Assembly: GCA_036172245.1 (NCBI GenBank)
Contig: JAYWIR010000036.1
Coordinates: forward strand, 1,116,001-1,180,000
Direction: 5' to 3'
DNA from: Raillietiella orientalis
Taxonomy: Eukaryota
DNA length: 64,000 nucleotides
Within the stretch, counting starts at the first letter, position 1, and each line of letters begins with the position of its first letter. The position numbers and the translations under genes are program-made. Below are positions 1-11,750 of the stretch, piece by piece. The notes beneath the pieces were generated by a model. The model was given only the letters and a program-made list of their open reading frames with translations. It was not told the DNA's origin and did no database searches.

Positions 1-3000
1 GACGATCCGAGCACTCGGCTCGCCGCCGCGTCGTCAGCGCGGGATCGCGCCGCGCAGTCACCCGATAGGGGCGCCCGCCGCCTCCTTCCCGGCGTTCGCC
101 GGAAGTGGTCATCGTGCGCTCTCCTGAGTGGCACTCCCGGGATCGCTCTTACTCAACGCCCGACGGCGCCCCCAAGCGAAGGTAACGGCCGGCTCCTTCC
201 TGCTGACCTCTGCCGCCGCGCGTGACTGACCTCGCCGGGTCAGCCGGAGCTGCCCGGGGTCGTCCGACCGCGCACGAGGACACGGGACAAGGTGGTGTGT
301 GGAGGTCAAGCAGACGACGTCCTGGGGAGTTGATGCACGCGACTAGCTGCCGCCGACGCGCCTCGGCCTCGCTCCCGAGGGCTGTGCCTTTGTCCTCCGA
401 CTTTGCTTGGCCGCCTGCGCTTCTCCACCTCCGTCTGACCGGCCCGCGAGCTGCTCGTCAGCTGCCGGCGGGTCGCTGCATCGTCGTCCGGCAGCCGAGG
501 AGGCGCGGCAGTTGTCAGCCGGTTGTCGGCGGGGTCGGAAGGCGGTGGCGGGTGGGGGAGGGGAAAATGGGGATTCCTCCTTTCGTTGGGCGGGAACGGA
601 TGCGTGTGTCCGTTGGCTCGCAGATCAGCGTACCGCGCGCGCCCGAGGTCCCTATCCGGCGGGTGAGCGGCCACCGCGCCGTTCGCCTCCACGGTCGGCG
701 CGTCGCGCAGTGGTCGCGGCGTGGGGCAGGCGCTCCCTCACCCGCGATCTCTGCGTTTGGGGAGGCGGGCGCCGCGACGGGGCGCTTCTCTCGGGCCGCG
801 GGCGAGCGGGATGGACGGGAACCGCGTCGGAACATCCTCCGTCAGAGCGGACCCGCTTCGAGGGCGCTGACCAAGCTCGGCGGCGCGCCCGCGGGCTCTC
901 CCGCGGTCTAGTCGCCGCCGCGACGTCCGGCGTCCGTTCGCCAGCGCGGGCGGGGATGCCCGGCTGGGCGGCGGCTGGCAGCGACGCTTTCGTCTTCCTC
1001 CGTACGCGGACGGCCGCAGCTCGTTCCCCGGGGGAGTCTTCTTGCCGGACGTCGGCCGACCGGGAGGAGGGGGTCGCTCCTCGGGGGGCCGCAGCGGCTG
1101 GCGGCTAACGGCTGGAGGCACGGAGGGCGGGCGGACGCGCGCTCGCCGTCGCTGGGACCTGCGCGGCTTCCGATGTGGCGGCACTCCTCTTTCGCTCGCC
1201 CCGAGCGTTGCGCTCGGTGGCCATGCGGCCTGCAGGGCGTTCGCCGTCCCTTGCGCGCTCTCTCTGCCTTAGCCGCCGCAAGTATCCAAGGGTGCAGGCG
1301 GGTGTGTTCGCGGGAGGATCCGCCTTCTGTTGCTGCTCCGGGTGAGCGGAGCACGTTCTTCGGGGAGGCTGGCGGGGCGCGCGCGTTTCTGGTGGGCCGG
1401 CGCGGTTCGCGGCTCCGCACCTGACGGGCAGGTCGGCATCGATGCTGCGCCCGTGTCTTTTGGCGACGGCGCTAGTGGCGCCGTGTGCCGGTCGGCCGAG
1501 CCTTCCTGCGTGCTCTGCGGGTCGTTCGTGCGGTGGAGGCTGAGGATCGACCGCTGCAAGAGGGGTGTTTCCTTCGATTTCGGGGTGTGCAGGGATGGTC
1601 GCGGCGCGTTCAAGTGGCGGTGGCGTCGCGGCTCCGCGCGGAGGGCGCCTCTGCGGCGGATGCGGCGTGTGGGCTCCCGATGTTCGGCGCCGCCGCGCCG
1701 ATGGGCGCGTGGAGTCTTTTGGCGCGCGTCGTCGCTCCGCCGGGTGGACGTCCGTCCACCCGGCGGCATCCCGGGGCCGCCGCTGCCCTGTTTTTCTGGC
1801 CGCGACACGGGAGAACGGATGGCAAAGATGGCGCCTCACGTGGTGGAAGAAGAAAGGTCTTTGCGTACGGTGGGGATCACCGGCGCAGCTGTATGGATGC
1901 TTCCGCCTTCCGGAGGTGGATGGGTTCCGCGGTCGCACGGGTGCCGTGCGTGTGGCCAGAGCGGTGGTTAGCATCGTTGCGTTCGTGAAGCGGATGATCA
2001 TGCAGCACCTGTCTTCGGCGTTGGGGGCTGTAGCTGGCGGTTGCGCAGTTTGGCTTGGTGGTAGGCGCTGCTCGTGCACGCATTGCCATTCTCGGCTGCC
2101 GTGGAACGCGGCTTCGTGTGATCTTGCTGTACAGCGGAAGGGCACAGTGGGAAGGGCTTCTGCATCTCCATTGGTAATTCGATTTCGTGTCGGCTCCCGA
2201 CAGGAGCGATCATTTTGTTCTTGTTTATGGGACGAGGGGGGAAGGGATGATGTGTATTTGTTAGTGTTCGAGATCATCTGAAGATCTTTTTGTTTTCCTA
2301 AGAATGTGCTGAAGTTGTCCTCAGTCCAATTTCGTCTCTGCGTTGTTTTTCTTTTTTTGCTAACGGAGTTTGTGTGCAAGTCCGCTTCTCTTGTTTGCTT
2401 TGTTGGGGTTGCACTTTTCCGGGTTCGAGGGGTGGAAATAGAATGCTATTTGATGTGGAGAGTGTTTGCTTGTGGGTGCGTGTTGGTTTTCTTGTTTTTG
2501 GCTGTGGAAGCAGCCTTTCCTTTGTTGGTTACATTGTATGTTGGTATTCAGCTAATACAGATTTCTTCTGTAACACCACTGTGATGATGTTAGTGGTCGA
2601 AGATCTCAAGATGGTGCACGTCTTGTGTCCTATTTGGTGCATCCATTTGTGGTGAGGTTTAAACAAATGGATGAGGGGGGGAGGGGGGTTAACACAGGGA
2701 ACAATACCAGATGGTATTGTCCCCTTTCTTTGGACGCTTGCCTCCCTTTTCAGCTCTTGGGTCATCATTTTAATTTTTTGGATAATGGATGCGCGTGGGC
2801 TTTGGTCTGGTCACTGAATTTCTCTTGCTCCTTTGCTTCTGATGCTGTCTTTGGCTCGCATGTTCTCCGGATCGCGCTCCTCCGAAGAGATCAGCTGAAT
2901 GCTGAAAGTTTCCTGGCAACTCCCTGATTCTCATGTCCTCTTCCTGGAGCTGCACTTTCCTGTATCTTCAAGCACCCGGATTCCATTGATGTCTACCATC

Positions 3001-4950
3001 TCGCAGTGTCAGGCCTCCTTTGCTGTTGAGGTCACGCCTGAAGCGCGATCCACCTGGACGTTCCGGATGGGGATTCGGCGCGGCAGGAAGGGAGGGGGGG
3101 GGGCATTGCTTGAAGGTGGCTCGAGAAAAAACATTTGTTGTTTGAAAGAGAAGCCGCCTTGGAACGGGATCTGAGCTGTGAAAATGACTGGGTCAAATGG
3201 GATCCACAGTCCACGAGCAGGTAAACGAGGGTTCCCTTTTCCCTGCACCGGGCGCAGTTTGGATTGGCACACACCCCGAGGGCGTTGCAAGGGCGACCCC
3301 AGAAGCGCGAACTCCTGTCGCTTTAAGAGGAAGGTGGATCTGTCCGCAAGTATCGCTGGCAGCTGGCTCGCAAAGTGCTTCCAGCAGCTTTGCCCGGCGA
3401 CGCAGTTACCTGGGTGTAGGCGCTGGAGGGTGGCAGTGTCTTCCAGCACTCGAGTACTTCACCCAGCGAGGGATCTTGCTCTTCCCTCGATGCTGCAGGT
3501 GACGTCCAGCCTTGACGGCGGGCCACTGACCATGGCTTGCCCTGGAGTAGGGAGCACTGAGGCAGGGGGGTCTCCTCGGAGCCTTTGAGGTCCCGTCTCT
3601 ACACTCCAGGTTCCCCTCTGGCGCGCAGCGAGCGCAATTCGGAGCGGCGCAGACTCCCCGCTTGCTGCGCTCTCGCGGTATACGCCCTTCCGCGCGTGGC
3701 AGTTTCTTCCTGGGTGCGCTACGGTGCGTGGGGAAGAAGATCCGGGTACTCTCCTCCACCAAGGCAACCGTCTCCCAAAGCTGAAGTCCACGTTGGGACG
3801 GGATTCGGTGGCTGAAGGTGAGGAGCGAGGTCAGTCCCTAACTGGGTCCGGCCGCTCTCGGCGAGGAGGAGTAAGGGGGCGCACCGATGTTCCGTCCAGT
3901 TCTTCGCCGTAGGGCAAGTCTTCCGGATTGGATCCGACCCCCATTCTTTACAGGACGTCAGCAACGCCGTTCCCAGCTCGGGGAATGCAAGTCCTTCAGG
4001 AGGGTCCGAAGACCTCCGTGCCCCTCCCCTCACAGGGAGATATCGAGGGGGCCCTTTGTCCGCTTCCCAGCACAGCACGTCGGACCGGGTGAGGGCGTTT
4101 GTCCCTTCTGCAAGCGCCCTTCACGGCCACTCTGGAGGCGAAGCTTCGCCACATTCGCGGCACCGTGGTGAGACGCCTGAATCGGCAAACAAGACGAGAA
4201 GACGGTGGGGGAGGGGGGCCTTTCCTGTCCACAGCTGTGATGATGCAACGTTCCAAAAGTGATCGACAGCGGGAGGACCGAAGGATCCTTCCAAAAGCTC
4301 AGAAGCGGCAGGATTGGGTCGCACACATTTCGGTGACCACTTATTCCTCTCAATCCATCGTACTTATGGTGTTTACTGCCCCTCCCTTTTTGTGCATCCA
4401 GCCTGTTCCTAGCGCAGCGATTTTTGGACGGATATCCTCGCCCGTATTTGTCCTCTTGAATCTACATGGCTCCTTCTCTCTCTCTCTCTTTGCAGAACGT
4501 CCCGGCACAAGTGGGCTGGACCAACGCGCGATCGATCGAAAACGAGGTGCTCCACCTTCCGACGGGCGCCGTGCGAGCGGGTGCGGAATTTCCTGCAGAC
4601 TGAGGCCGGCGAATCAGCTGGATCCCTGGGAGTCTGCCGACCGGCCTGAACGTGGGCGCTGCGCGCGAAGCCCGGGTCCAAGGCAAGGCGTGAGGGAGCG
4701 CCCTGGGGCGCTCGCGTGGACTCACCGGCTTAGCTCCCGTCACGCTACGTGAGACTGGACCGGGCTCGCGGTTCGCCAGCGCCCGGAAGCAGTGCAGGGA
4801 TGGTGCCCCGTGGTCCGCCGCCAAACGGAGGGTCGTCGTAGCGGCGGTGCGAACGCCGACGGCAGGCTTCTGAATTAGCGAGGGAGAGTGAGGTCCTGGA
4901 GCCGCCTGTCTGCCCGCTGCCCTCTCTCGACGCCTCCCAGTGCTTCTGGC
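1..4950 (-). mobile_element. Heavily decayed non-LTR retrotransposon, probably L1/Tx1-like (ORF1 and ORF2 remnants), running off the window start
   Basis: Minus-strand fragments in the expected order: zinc-knuckle-like pieces (SPRCRECGE ~4150, CAAPNCARC ~3640, CANPNCARCREKG ~3260), an endonuclease-start-like VDINGIR (~2990), an A-rich sense stretch at 2200-2850, then RT-like YADLRANGHTHPF...PLPHPPPPSDP...LPDDD (~480-640). Many frameshifts; boundaries approximate. Confidence 0.4.
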
Positions 4951-5039
4951 GTTCTTCTTTTCCTTTTCCTTTTTTTTCTTAAAAAGCCACTAGCGACCTC
5001 ACGGAAAGGTTGTTTCTATTGTCCATGGATATTTCTCAC

Positions 5040-6200
5040 CCAGTTATGCCGGGTCATTTATCATTTTTTTACGTAATAAAAATACATTTTGCGGTAGAAC
5101 CGTCTACCACGCACAAAAGAACCTTCCGAGGACCGGTACGCAGACCGGCGAGGTCCGCTTCGGCAGCGTAGGGGAAGGGAAAACGGAAACGAAAAAAGAA
5201 TAAACAAGCACACAAACCAGGAGAGGGGAAATTATACACGGGAAGGGGAGGGAGGAGGGGACCGAAGAAAGGATCACGTACGCTGCCAGGCGTCCTCTGC
5301 ATCCTGTTCAGGATGCTAGCAAGTTCCGTCCCGAAAGTGTCCAGGTGCAGGAATCCCGAGGCGGTTCTCAGGGAGATCCGCGCCCAGTGGATGGTGGGGG
5401 TGCCTGCCATTTCGGCCCCTTCTTCCCGCGTTCCAGGATGCCACGATTCCGCGTACGCAGCAGAGAACTGCGAGGGACGAGGCTGGCGACAGAGCGGCAC
5501 GCGCGAAGAGGCGTTCCCAAACGTCCCTGGGGCCGCCCACCAGAGTTCCTAGGATGGGCGCGAGACGATTCCGAAAAGTTCGGAGGGCAGCACAGTCCAA
5601 CCAACAGCAGGTGCGGGAGGGTCTCTCCTTCTCCCCGCACCTGTCGCACTTTGAGCGTCTTCGCTCCCCCGTATCCAGTTGTGAAGGCGCGCTTGGCATG
5701 GGGTTCCCCCGTGCCCCACCAGCAGCGGCAAATTGCGCCACTTGAACCGGAGGGCACCACTGTTCCAGCGTGCTGGGGGCTACTTCACTTCCTCCCGAGG
5801 AACGCCGAGCAGGTCTCCTCGGCGTACAAGTCGTTGGGGTGGGACGCTCGGAGTCGCAATGTCCGTCACCTCCTGAGTTGTCCACTTGCCCAGAAGTTCC
5901 TGCTCCTCTTGCCACCTTGCCGGGATTACGCTGTCCCTTGCGCCCCTTATGGAGGGCAGCGCTGGAGCAAGCGGGTGACGAGGCCCACCGTATATCTTCT
6001 GCGGGTTGCACACGACCCCCTCCAGTGACTTGTGGTCGTGGATGCCTCGCTGCAGGCAGGCGTGCACCGCCTCGCTCGCGCCGTGCATCGATCCCCATGC
6101 GAAGCCTCGCTCCTGGAGCCACGCAGTGCAGTTGACGGGGAGGCAGGGGATCCTGATCTCCACCATGATAACCATCTGAGATGTTAGGAATCCTTTTGGG
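5040..6200 (-). mobile_element. 3' part of an L1/Tx1-like LINE (C-terminal CCHC zinc finger and 3' UTR)
   Basis: Frameshifted translation gives KCDRCGEK-ETLPHLL-LDCAALRTFRNRL, the CxxC..ET..HLL..C motif of L1-clade ORF2, followed by a pyrimidine-rich UTR and an A-rich end. Homologous to 10013-10552 and 61680-62150. Confidence 0.7.
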
Positions 6201-6232
6201 TTTTTCTGTATTCGCTGCTTTCCTTTCGACCG

Positions 6233-7038
6233 TTTTTTTTTTTTCTTTTCTCTCTCCTCTTTTTGGTTCGCCAAGTGCTGAAGAACCGTTTGCTTCCTGA
6301 CGTAGGGCTCGCTAAGGTCTCCAACGCTGCCCACTCCACCCGAGAGTGGTCGTGCAACTCTTGGAGTTACAGGGGGTGATCCTGAAGAGACCACCCTATG
6401 GATCTAGGAAGTTTCCGGAACAAGGAGCCCATTCCTCTTACGCTTGGTAGGCGAACTCCGAAAGTAACCGTCTCCCTGGAGGATGGTCACCGAAGGGAAC
6501 CATTTCTTCCAGAGGGACCTCCCGGTTTCCATTGGTTCTTCTACGAAGGGAAACCGCAAGGGAGCCACTCTTGGAACGTCTTCCCCGGAGCAGCGCACTT
6601 CTGTCTTCGCTGTTTTTTCCTTCTAGCTTTTTTTCTTTTTTTTCAGCAGCGCGCTTTTTGACACTCTGGAGAGGTACCCCCCTCGGAGGGATTATCAACC
6701 AGCTCCATGATACGCGACGGAGGTCCTTCCTCGAAAGGGAGTCTGGCTCTATTTTCACGACCGGAGGGAATCCCGAAGTACTCCTTGATTCCTGGAAGGA
6801 CCCCGGGAGAATGAGCTTCCAATCCTGGTTAGCTGACGGGGACACCCACAGTTTCCGACTTCCACCAGTGCTGCATCTGAAGTCCGTGGACTGAGCAGGG
6901 TCGTCCACCGGGGGGACTCGAAATCCACGGCGCACCACCTGTTCTCGGAGTCGATCGATCCTTCCCCGGGAGGGATTCGAACCCGCGACGCCCGGTGCTA
7001 CGAGCAGAGACCACAGCCACACGGCCACCGACGCGGGC
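6233..7038 (-). mobile_element. tRNA-derived SINE, full-length copy 1
   Basis: Reverse strand has A-box TGGCCGTGTGG, B-box GGTTCGAATCC, a body shared with five other copies, the tail AACGGTTCTTCAGCACT and an A-rich end. Confidence 0.8.
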
Positions 7039-7099
7039 AGAAGATCTGCGGGCGTTTGGAAGAACAGAGGGAGACCCTCGGCTTGTGATGGAGCAGCCC

Positions 7100-8600
7100 G
7101 CTTCTCAGAAGAGGGAGCGCGCAGCGCTCTCGGCGGGTTTGCTCTTCGGCCGAGTCCGAAAAGGGAACAAAGTGCACCCCAAAGATGCAGCGCCTCGGAG
7201 TCGAAACTCCTGGCGGCTTCAGAGCGAGAGCAGCTGGAATTCCTTGCATTTCTGTCTCCAGATCGTGAACCAGTGTGTGGAAGTGAATGGCACTTGGGGA
7301 TCTCGCAGAGGGGCTTGGGGCTCTCAGTTGGAAGCTCTGCAAGTCGGAGACCTCAGAGGTAGGAACAATGATCTGCAGTTACATGCGATCTGCAATATAT
7401 CATGCCCGGTAAATAGGAAACAAAATGGCCGCCTTTCTTGTGATCAGGAGCGCTTCCTGCTGCACGGTCTTACCCGTATGCATGCTTTTTTTTTTTTTTT
7501 GGAACAAAGGAGCACACCTAGCAGTTACTATGGATTTCGCCTCTCCCTCAGAATGCTGGGCGGCGGCCATGGACATAGGGAAAGGCAAGCGTTTGGCTCT
7601 CCTAGGAGGACAGGGCTTTAGGGCTTTTTTTTTTCCAAAGGGAATTCGCTGAGGTCGTAACCGTGGCTGAACTTCCCAGCGATTCAGCAGCCATTATTTA
7701 GGGGTCACCGCACGACTTGAGTATATGGCTCTGCTCGGTAAAGAGGGGTGATGTTTCACGCGTGAGAACGGAAGGAAGGCTCTTGAGACCAGCTCTTTCA
7801 TCCCGGACTCGCGAAGGTCACGGTTCGTGCTTCCGAATGCAGCAGGTTCCAGCACAGACCGCGGTCCTGGACATGTCCTCCGTGGAGGAAGACCAGTGTC
7901 GAAAGGGAACTTCCTAGCTTTCCGCGAGGGCGCGGAGTTTGACGGGTGCTGCCGACTCGGTGCTCTGCGGCCGTCGCTAAACGTCTCAGGAAGGAAGAAG
8001 ACCATTCCTCTACCACCACGCCGATCTTCCTTCAGAAAACCTTCAGCAAGGAAGCGCATCTCTTAAGACCAGATGTTCCACTTGGACGATTTGCACCCTT
8101 CGAAGTGTTCCTCTGACGACACGAAATCGTCAGTTGGAGCACGATGCAGGTGGCTGATCCTCCAAGAGCGTCCGTTTCATCCCGATCTAATCGCCATTGT
8201 TCGTGTTACCATGGCATCAGCCAGCATCCTGGAGACCAGTTACGGACTTCGTTGCAAGTGACTTGGACAACTGGCTGCCTGCTCGAAAAGATCGTACATT
8301 CTGGGCGGACTGCGCACACAGTGAAGGAATGCACGTGCTGGAGGGAGAGTGTACATTCTCTAGGAAGGATTATTTAACCAAGAAAGGGCTAACCTTCTTC
8401 TCCGGAGATACGAGAGCGATTGGGGAAAGGATCTCGAGGAGAATGGATAGGAGAACACTGGGTGCGTGGATTCTGAACGGGCAGCTCTGGACATCCTTCA
8501 GGGCGAGTGTTGAGCAACGTTCTCACGGCTGCTTCTCCGAAACCGCCGAGGAGACTTGCGCTCCTTTAGGAGTCGAGTGAACCTCCTCACCAGAAGGGAG
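7100..8600 (+). mobile_element. Decayed LINE ORF2 (AP endonuclease and start of RT), I/Jockey-group-like
   Basis: LEALQV...ICNI (~7330-7400), MDFASPSECW resembling GDFNAHS..W (~7530-7560), QPASWRPVT resembling SYRPISL (~8220-8245), LLEKIVH resembling KLLEKII (~8280). Confidence 0.55.
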
Positions 8601-9360
8601 CAACGCTACTGCTGAGCCTTCCCTCTCCAGCAGTCATCAGTGGACTTTGCCTGCAGATCAGTAGCCACTAGCTTGAGGCTTATCGACAGTTAGGCCGCCC
8701 TGGGTGACGTCTTTTAAGGAAGGAACGCATCCCCACCATCCACGCTGGACCGGATCGTTTTGACTGCTCAGCATCAGGCATATCTCTGGTGTGTGCAACC
8801 AAGTTGATCTCTCCTCTGGAATTTTCCATATCTCTTGTGCTGCAGGCTGGGATATGTCTTTTCCTGCCGAGACACAGAGGTCTTTCGTCAGTATTTCAAT
8901 TTCAGCTTCCGCATCGAGCAGTTGGACAGATCTGGAAACCTGAATTCGAATCATCCGGGAACTGATGCCAGTTTCCTGTAGCTCAGAAGAACACGTAGAA
9001 GTCCCGCCGTCAAGGAGAAAGGTGACTCGCTCCGAACTGACTTGTTCTCTCGAGTCAGTGGGGAAAGAAGCAAGTGGGACCAGCACACCAGAACCAAGTT
9101 ACTCATTGATGCTGGGAAATCCTCGATCCCTTCTTTCCTGATCGTCCCTGAGGGCATTCACTCCGAAGACTCTTCCTTGAAAGAAAGCCACGCATCACAG
9201 GCATCACTTCCGGAGCGCCCCAGATGATGGCTTCTGGCTCCAGGTTTGATCGAATGGTTTGACCCAGTTGAGGCTTATTGGAGGGAGCGCGTGGTGCCCT
9301 GAGTGTGCACAGCAGAGCAGGGATGCCACAAGATGTCGGTAGCATGTCGGTGGCGCTCAA

Positions 9361-9950
9361 GCTTGCGTTGGTGGCAGTGTGGCTGCGGACTCCGCGCATG
9401 GTGCCAAACATTGCGGGTTCGAATCCCTCCGGGGGAAGGATAGGCACAGAGAATGGAAGGTGCGTCGTGGGTTTCGTCTCCCTCCCTCCTCAGAGAGCGG
9501 CTGATTGTTCTGAAGGTTTCGGGTGAGGCATTAGTGAAAACCAATGCCCCCGCTGACTGGCCGGGATTGGGAGTTCCTTCCGGGGTATTTCCAGAAATCA
9601 AAGAGCCGGTTTCTCCCGGGGTACCCCTCCGGTTGTGCCAATAGATCCTCCTTCCCCCTCGGAGGGGGGACCTCCATCTGATACCATGGAGCTGGTCGAT
9701 TGATAACTCTCCAGAATGTGGAGAAGCGCTCTGTTCCCTCAGGAGCGACCCTTCAGACAAAACTCGGAAGCGTCCCTTCGGGGTTATCTCCTGAGAAGAA
9801 AACAAGGAACGGTTCCCTTGTGAGTTTCTTCCGGAGACGAAATTCCGGAAGAGAATCCTTTACAGGTTCCCTCAACAGAAGACATAAGGAATGTCCCCAC
9901 AAACCAGGGGGTCCCTCCGGTGAAAATAAGGAAAGGTTCCCTTCGGAGAC
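9361..9950 (+). mobile_element. tRNA-derived SINE copy 2 (3' tail missing)
   Basis: GCTTGCGTTGGTGGCAGTGTGG head, B-box GGTTCGAATCC near 9416, shared core ACCTCCATCT..TACCATGGAGCTGGTCGATTGATA, internal ~40-bp subrepeats. Confidence 0.8.
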
Positions 9951-10012
9951 CACCGGGTATCAAGCGTTGCGGGTTCGAATCCCACCCGGGGAAGGATCGA
10001 TCAACGCCGAGC

Positions 10013-10552
10013 ACTTTTCGGAATCGTCTCGCGCCCATCCTAGGAACTCTGGTGGGCGGCCCCAGGGACGTTTGGGAACGCCTCTTCGCGCGTGCCGCTC
10101 TGTCGCCAGCCTCGTCCCTCGCAGTTCTCTGCTGCGTACGCGGAATCGTGGCATCCTGGAACGCGGGAAGAAGGGGCCGAAATGGCAGGCACCCCCACCA
10201 TCCACTGGGCGCGGATCTCCCTGAGAACCGCCTCGGGATTCCTGCACCTGGACACTTTCGGGACGGAACTTGCTAGCATCCTGAACAGGATGCAGAGGAC
10301 GCCTGGCAGCGTACGTGATCCTTTCCTCGGTCCCTTCCTCCCTCCCCTTCCCGTGTATAATTTCCCCTCTCCTGGTTTGTGTGCTTGTTTATTCTTTTTT
10401 CGTTTCCGTTTTCCCTTCCCCTACGCTGCCGAAGCGGACCTCGCCGGTCTGCGTACCGGTCCTCGGAAGGTTCTTTTGTGCGTGGTAGACGGTTCTACCG
10501 CAAAATGTATTTTTATTACGTAAAAAAATGATAAATGACTCGGCATAACTGG
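10013..10552 (+). repeat. 540-bp inverted duplicate of 5040-5579 (L1/Tx1-like 3' end)
   Basis: Reverse complement of 5040-5579 with about 3 mismatches seen by eye. ORFs 5069..5500(-) and 10092..10523(+) are near-identical. Confidence 0.95.
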
Positions 10553-11099
10553 CGCCAAAAGTGTCGTTCCTTGCTCTTTCAACCTCAGCAAAGGTCATTT
10601 CTTTACTACGGCGGCGCGCGCACGTGACGGGAAGTTCCACGACCAGGGAGGCCTCCAAACCGTGTAATCTGGTTTGAGGAGGGTTCTACTTGAACGGCTA
10701 CAGGCTCAGCCTGCCACATCGACAAGAGCTCCAGAAGGTTCATTGAAGAGGCAGAGCTGAGGAAGGGTGATCACATCGTCGGGGCGAGATCTGGCACTGA
10801 AACCCAGCGGTGGTTGGTATCCATATGCGCGCGGAGGCATGAACTCCTGGTGGTGAACGCAGAAACTGAAACTCACCACACGAATGTTGAGCTGACCATC
10901 TCTCCGGTAACCGCTTCGATTTGTCTTCTCCGCAGATGACCCTGAGCTAAAAGCGAGGGAGGCAACGTCGTTGCTGGGCTAGGAGCTTGTCGACGATCAC
11001 CACCACAATCAACGCGACGATCGAACGGATAGATACAAGAACGCAGATGACTTAGACCACTGCCAAGCACCACTCGGACGAGAAGACGTCCTCGAAGCT

Positions 11100-11750
11100 C
11101 CGAGAGAATGCGGTAGCAGCTGTCACGCTGTCGCTGATATCTGAATGTGGACTGAAACTGGAAGACTGAGAGCTCCCATCCGAAGATGCAGAAGACAGAA
11201 ACTGAGCTGGGAGCTGCCGTGGGAAAGAAGACTCATCCTGGTCATCGGGTTCGAAGGAGGAGGTTTCATCAAGTCTCTCTCGCCTAGCGCTGCGCTTGTA
11301 ATACCAAGACGTGTGCCACCACCAACCACTCGCATGCGTTTCGTTTTCTTTCGGGAATTGCTGCTACCTGGGAATTCCTCCTGCTTATTTGGTGGCCAGT
11401 CAAAGACGCATCGGCAGTCCGCACGAAGGACAATGGCGGAAAAGGATCTCAGAGAAGCCTCAGACCTTCTCTCAAAAGACTCAGCAAATAAAAATCAGAA
11501 ACAAAGTGGTCCATTCTTCTAGACCTGCTGGGTGGGTACAACTATGACTCAGTATGAGGACGCCGATTGCCAAGAGGACAGCATAAGGCTTTTGAATGTG
11601 GATGGGAAAATGACATCTGTTAGGGTGGATGGGTGCCAGTGGGCTGAATGGGGGAGTGGAAAAGATCTTGATCACCAGCTCGATGGTATCGGGAGAGGTA
11701 GCCACCGCCTTCCACCGAACAAGTCAAAGAGCACCCGCGCGGCGACGAAC
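11100..11750 (+). mobile_element. Possible decayed LINE RT fragment
   Basis: LPWERRLILVI (P..W...I.PI-like) and IRLLNVDGKMTSVRVDG (resembles the segment before the RT QG motif). Weak. Confidence 0.3.

Noticed and set aside
109..2379. Long overlapping ORFs up to 424 aa
   Set aside because: Arg/Pro/Ala/Gly-rich products in several frames, as expected from stop-poor GC-rich DNA, with no intact domain.
8650..9350. Minus-strand LINE fragment (IRSNLE...IIWGA) as a twin-priming inversion of 7100-8600
   Set aside because: Motif evidence is weak and the arrangement does not fit twin-priming geometry.
9361..9435. tRNA genes at the GGTTCGAATCC motifs
   Set aside because: No complete cloverleaf, and each motif is followed by the same repeat body, so these are SINE heads.
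5040..10552. DNA transposon with long terminal inverted repeats
   Set aside because: The arms are LINE 3'-end sequence, and I found no target-site duplication or transposase remnant.
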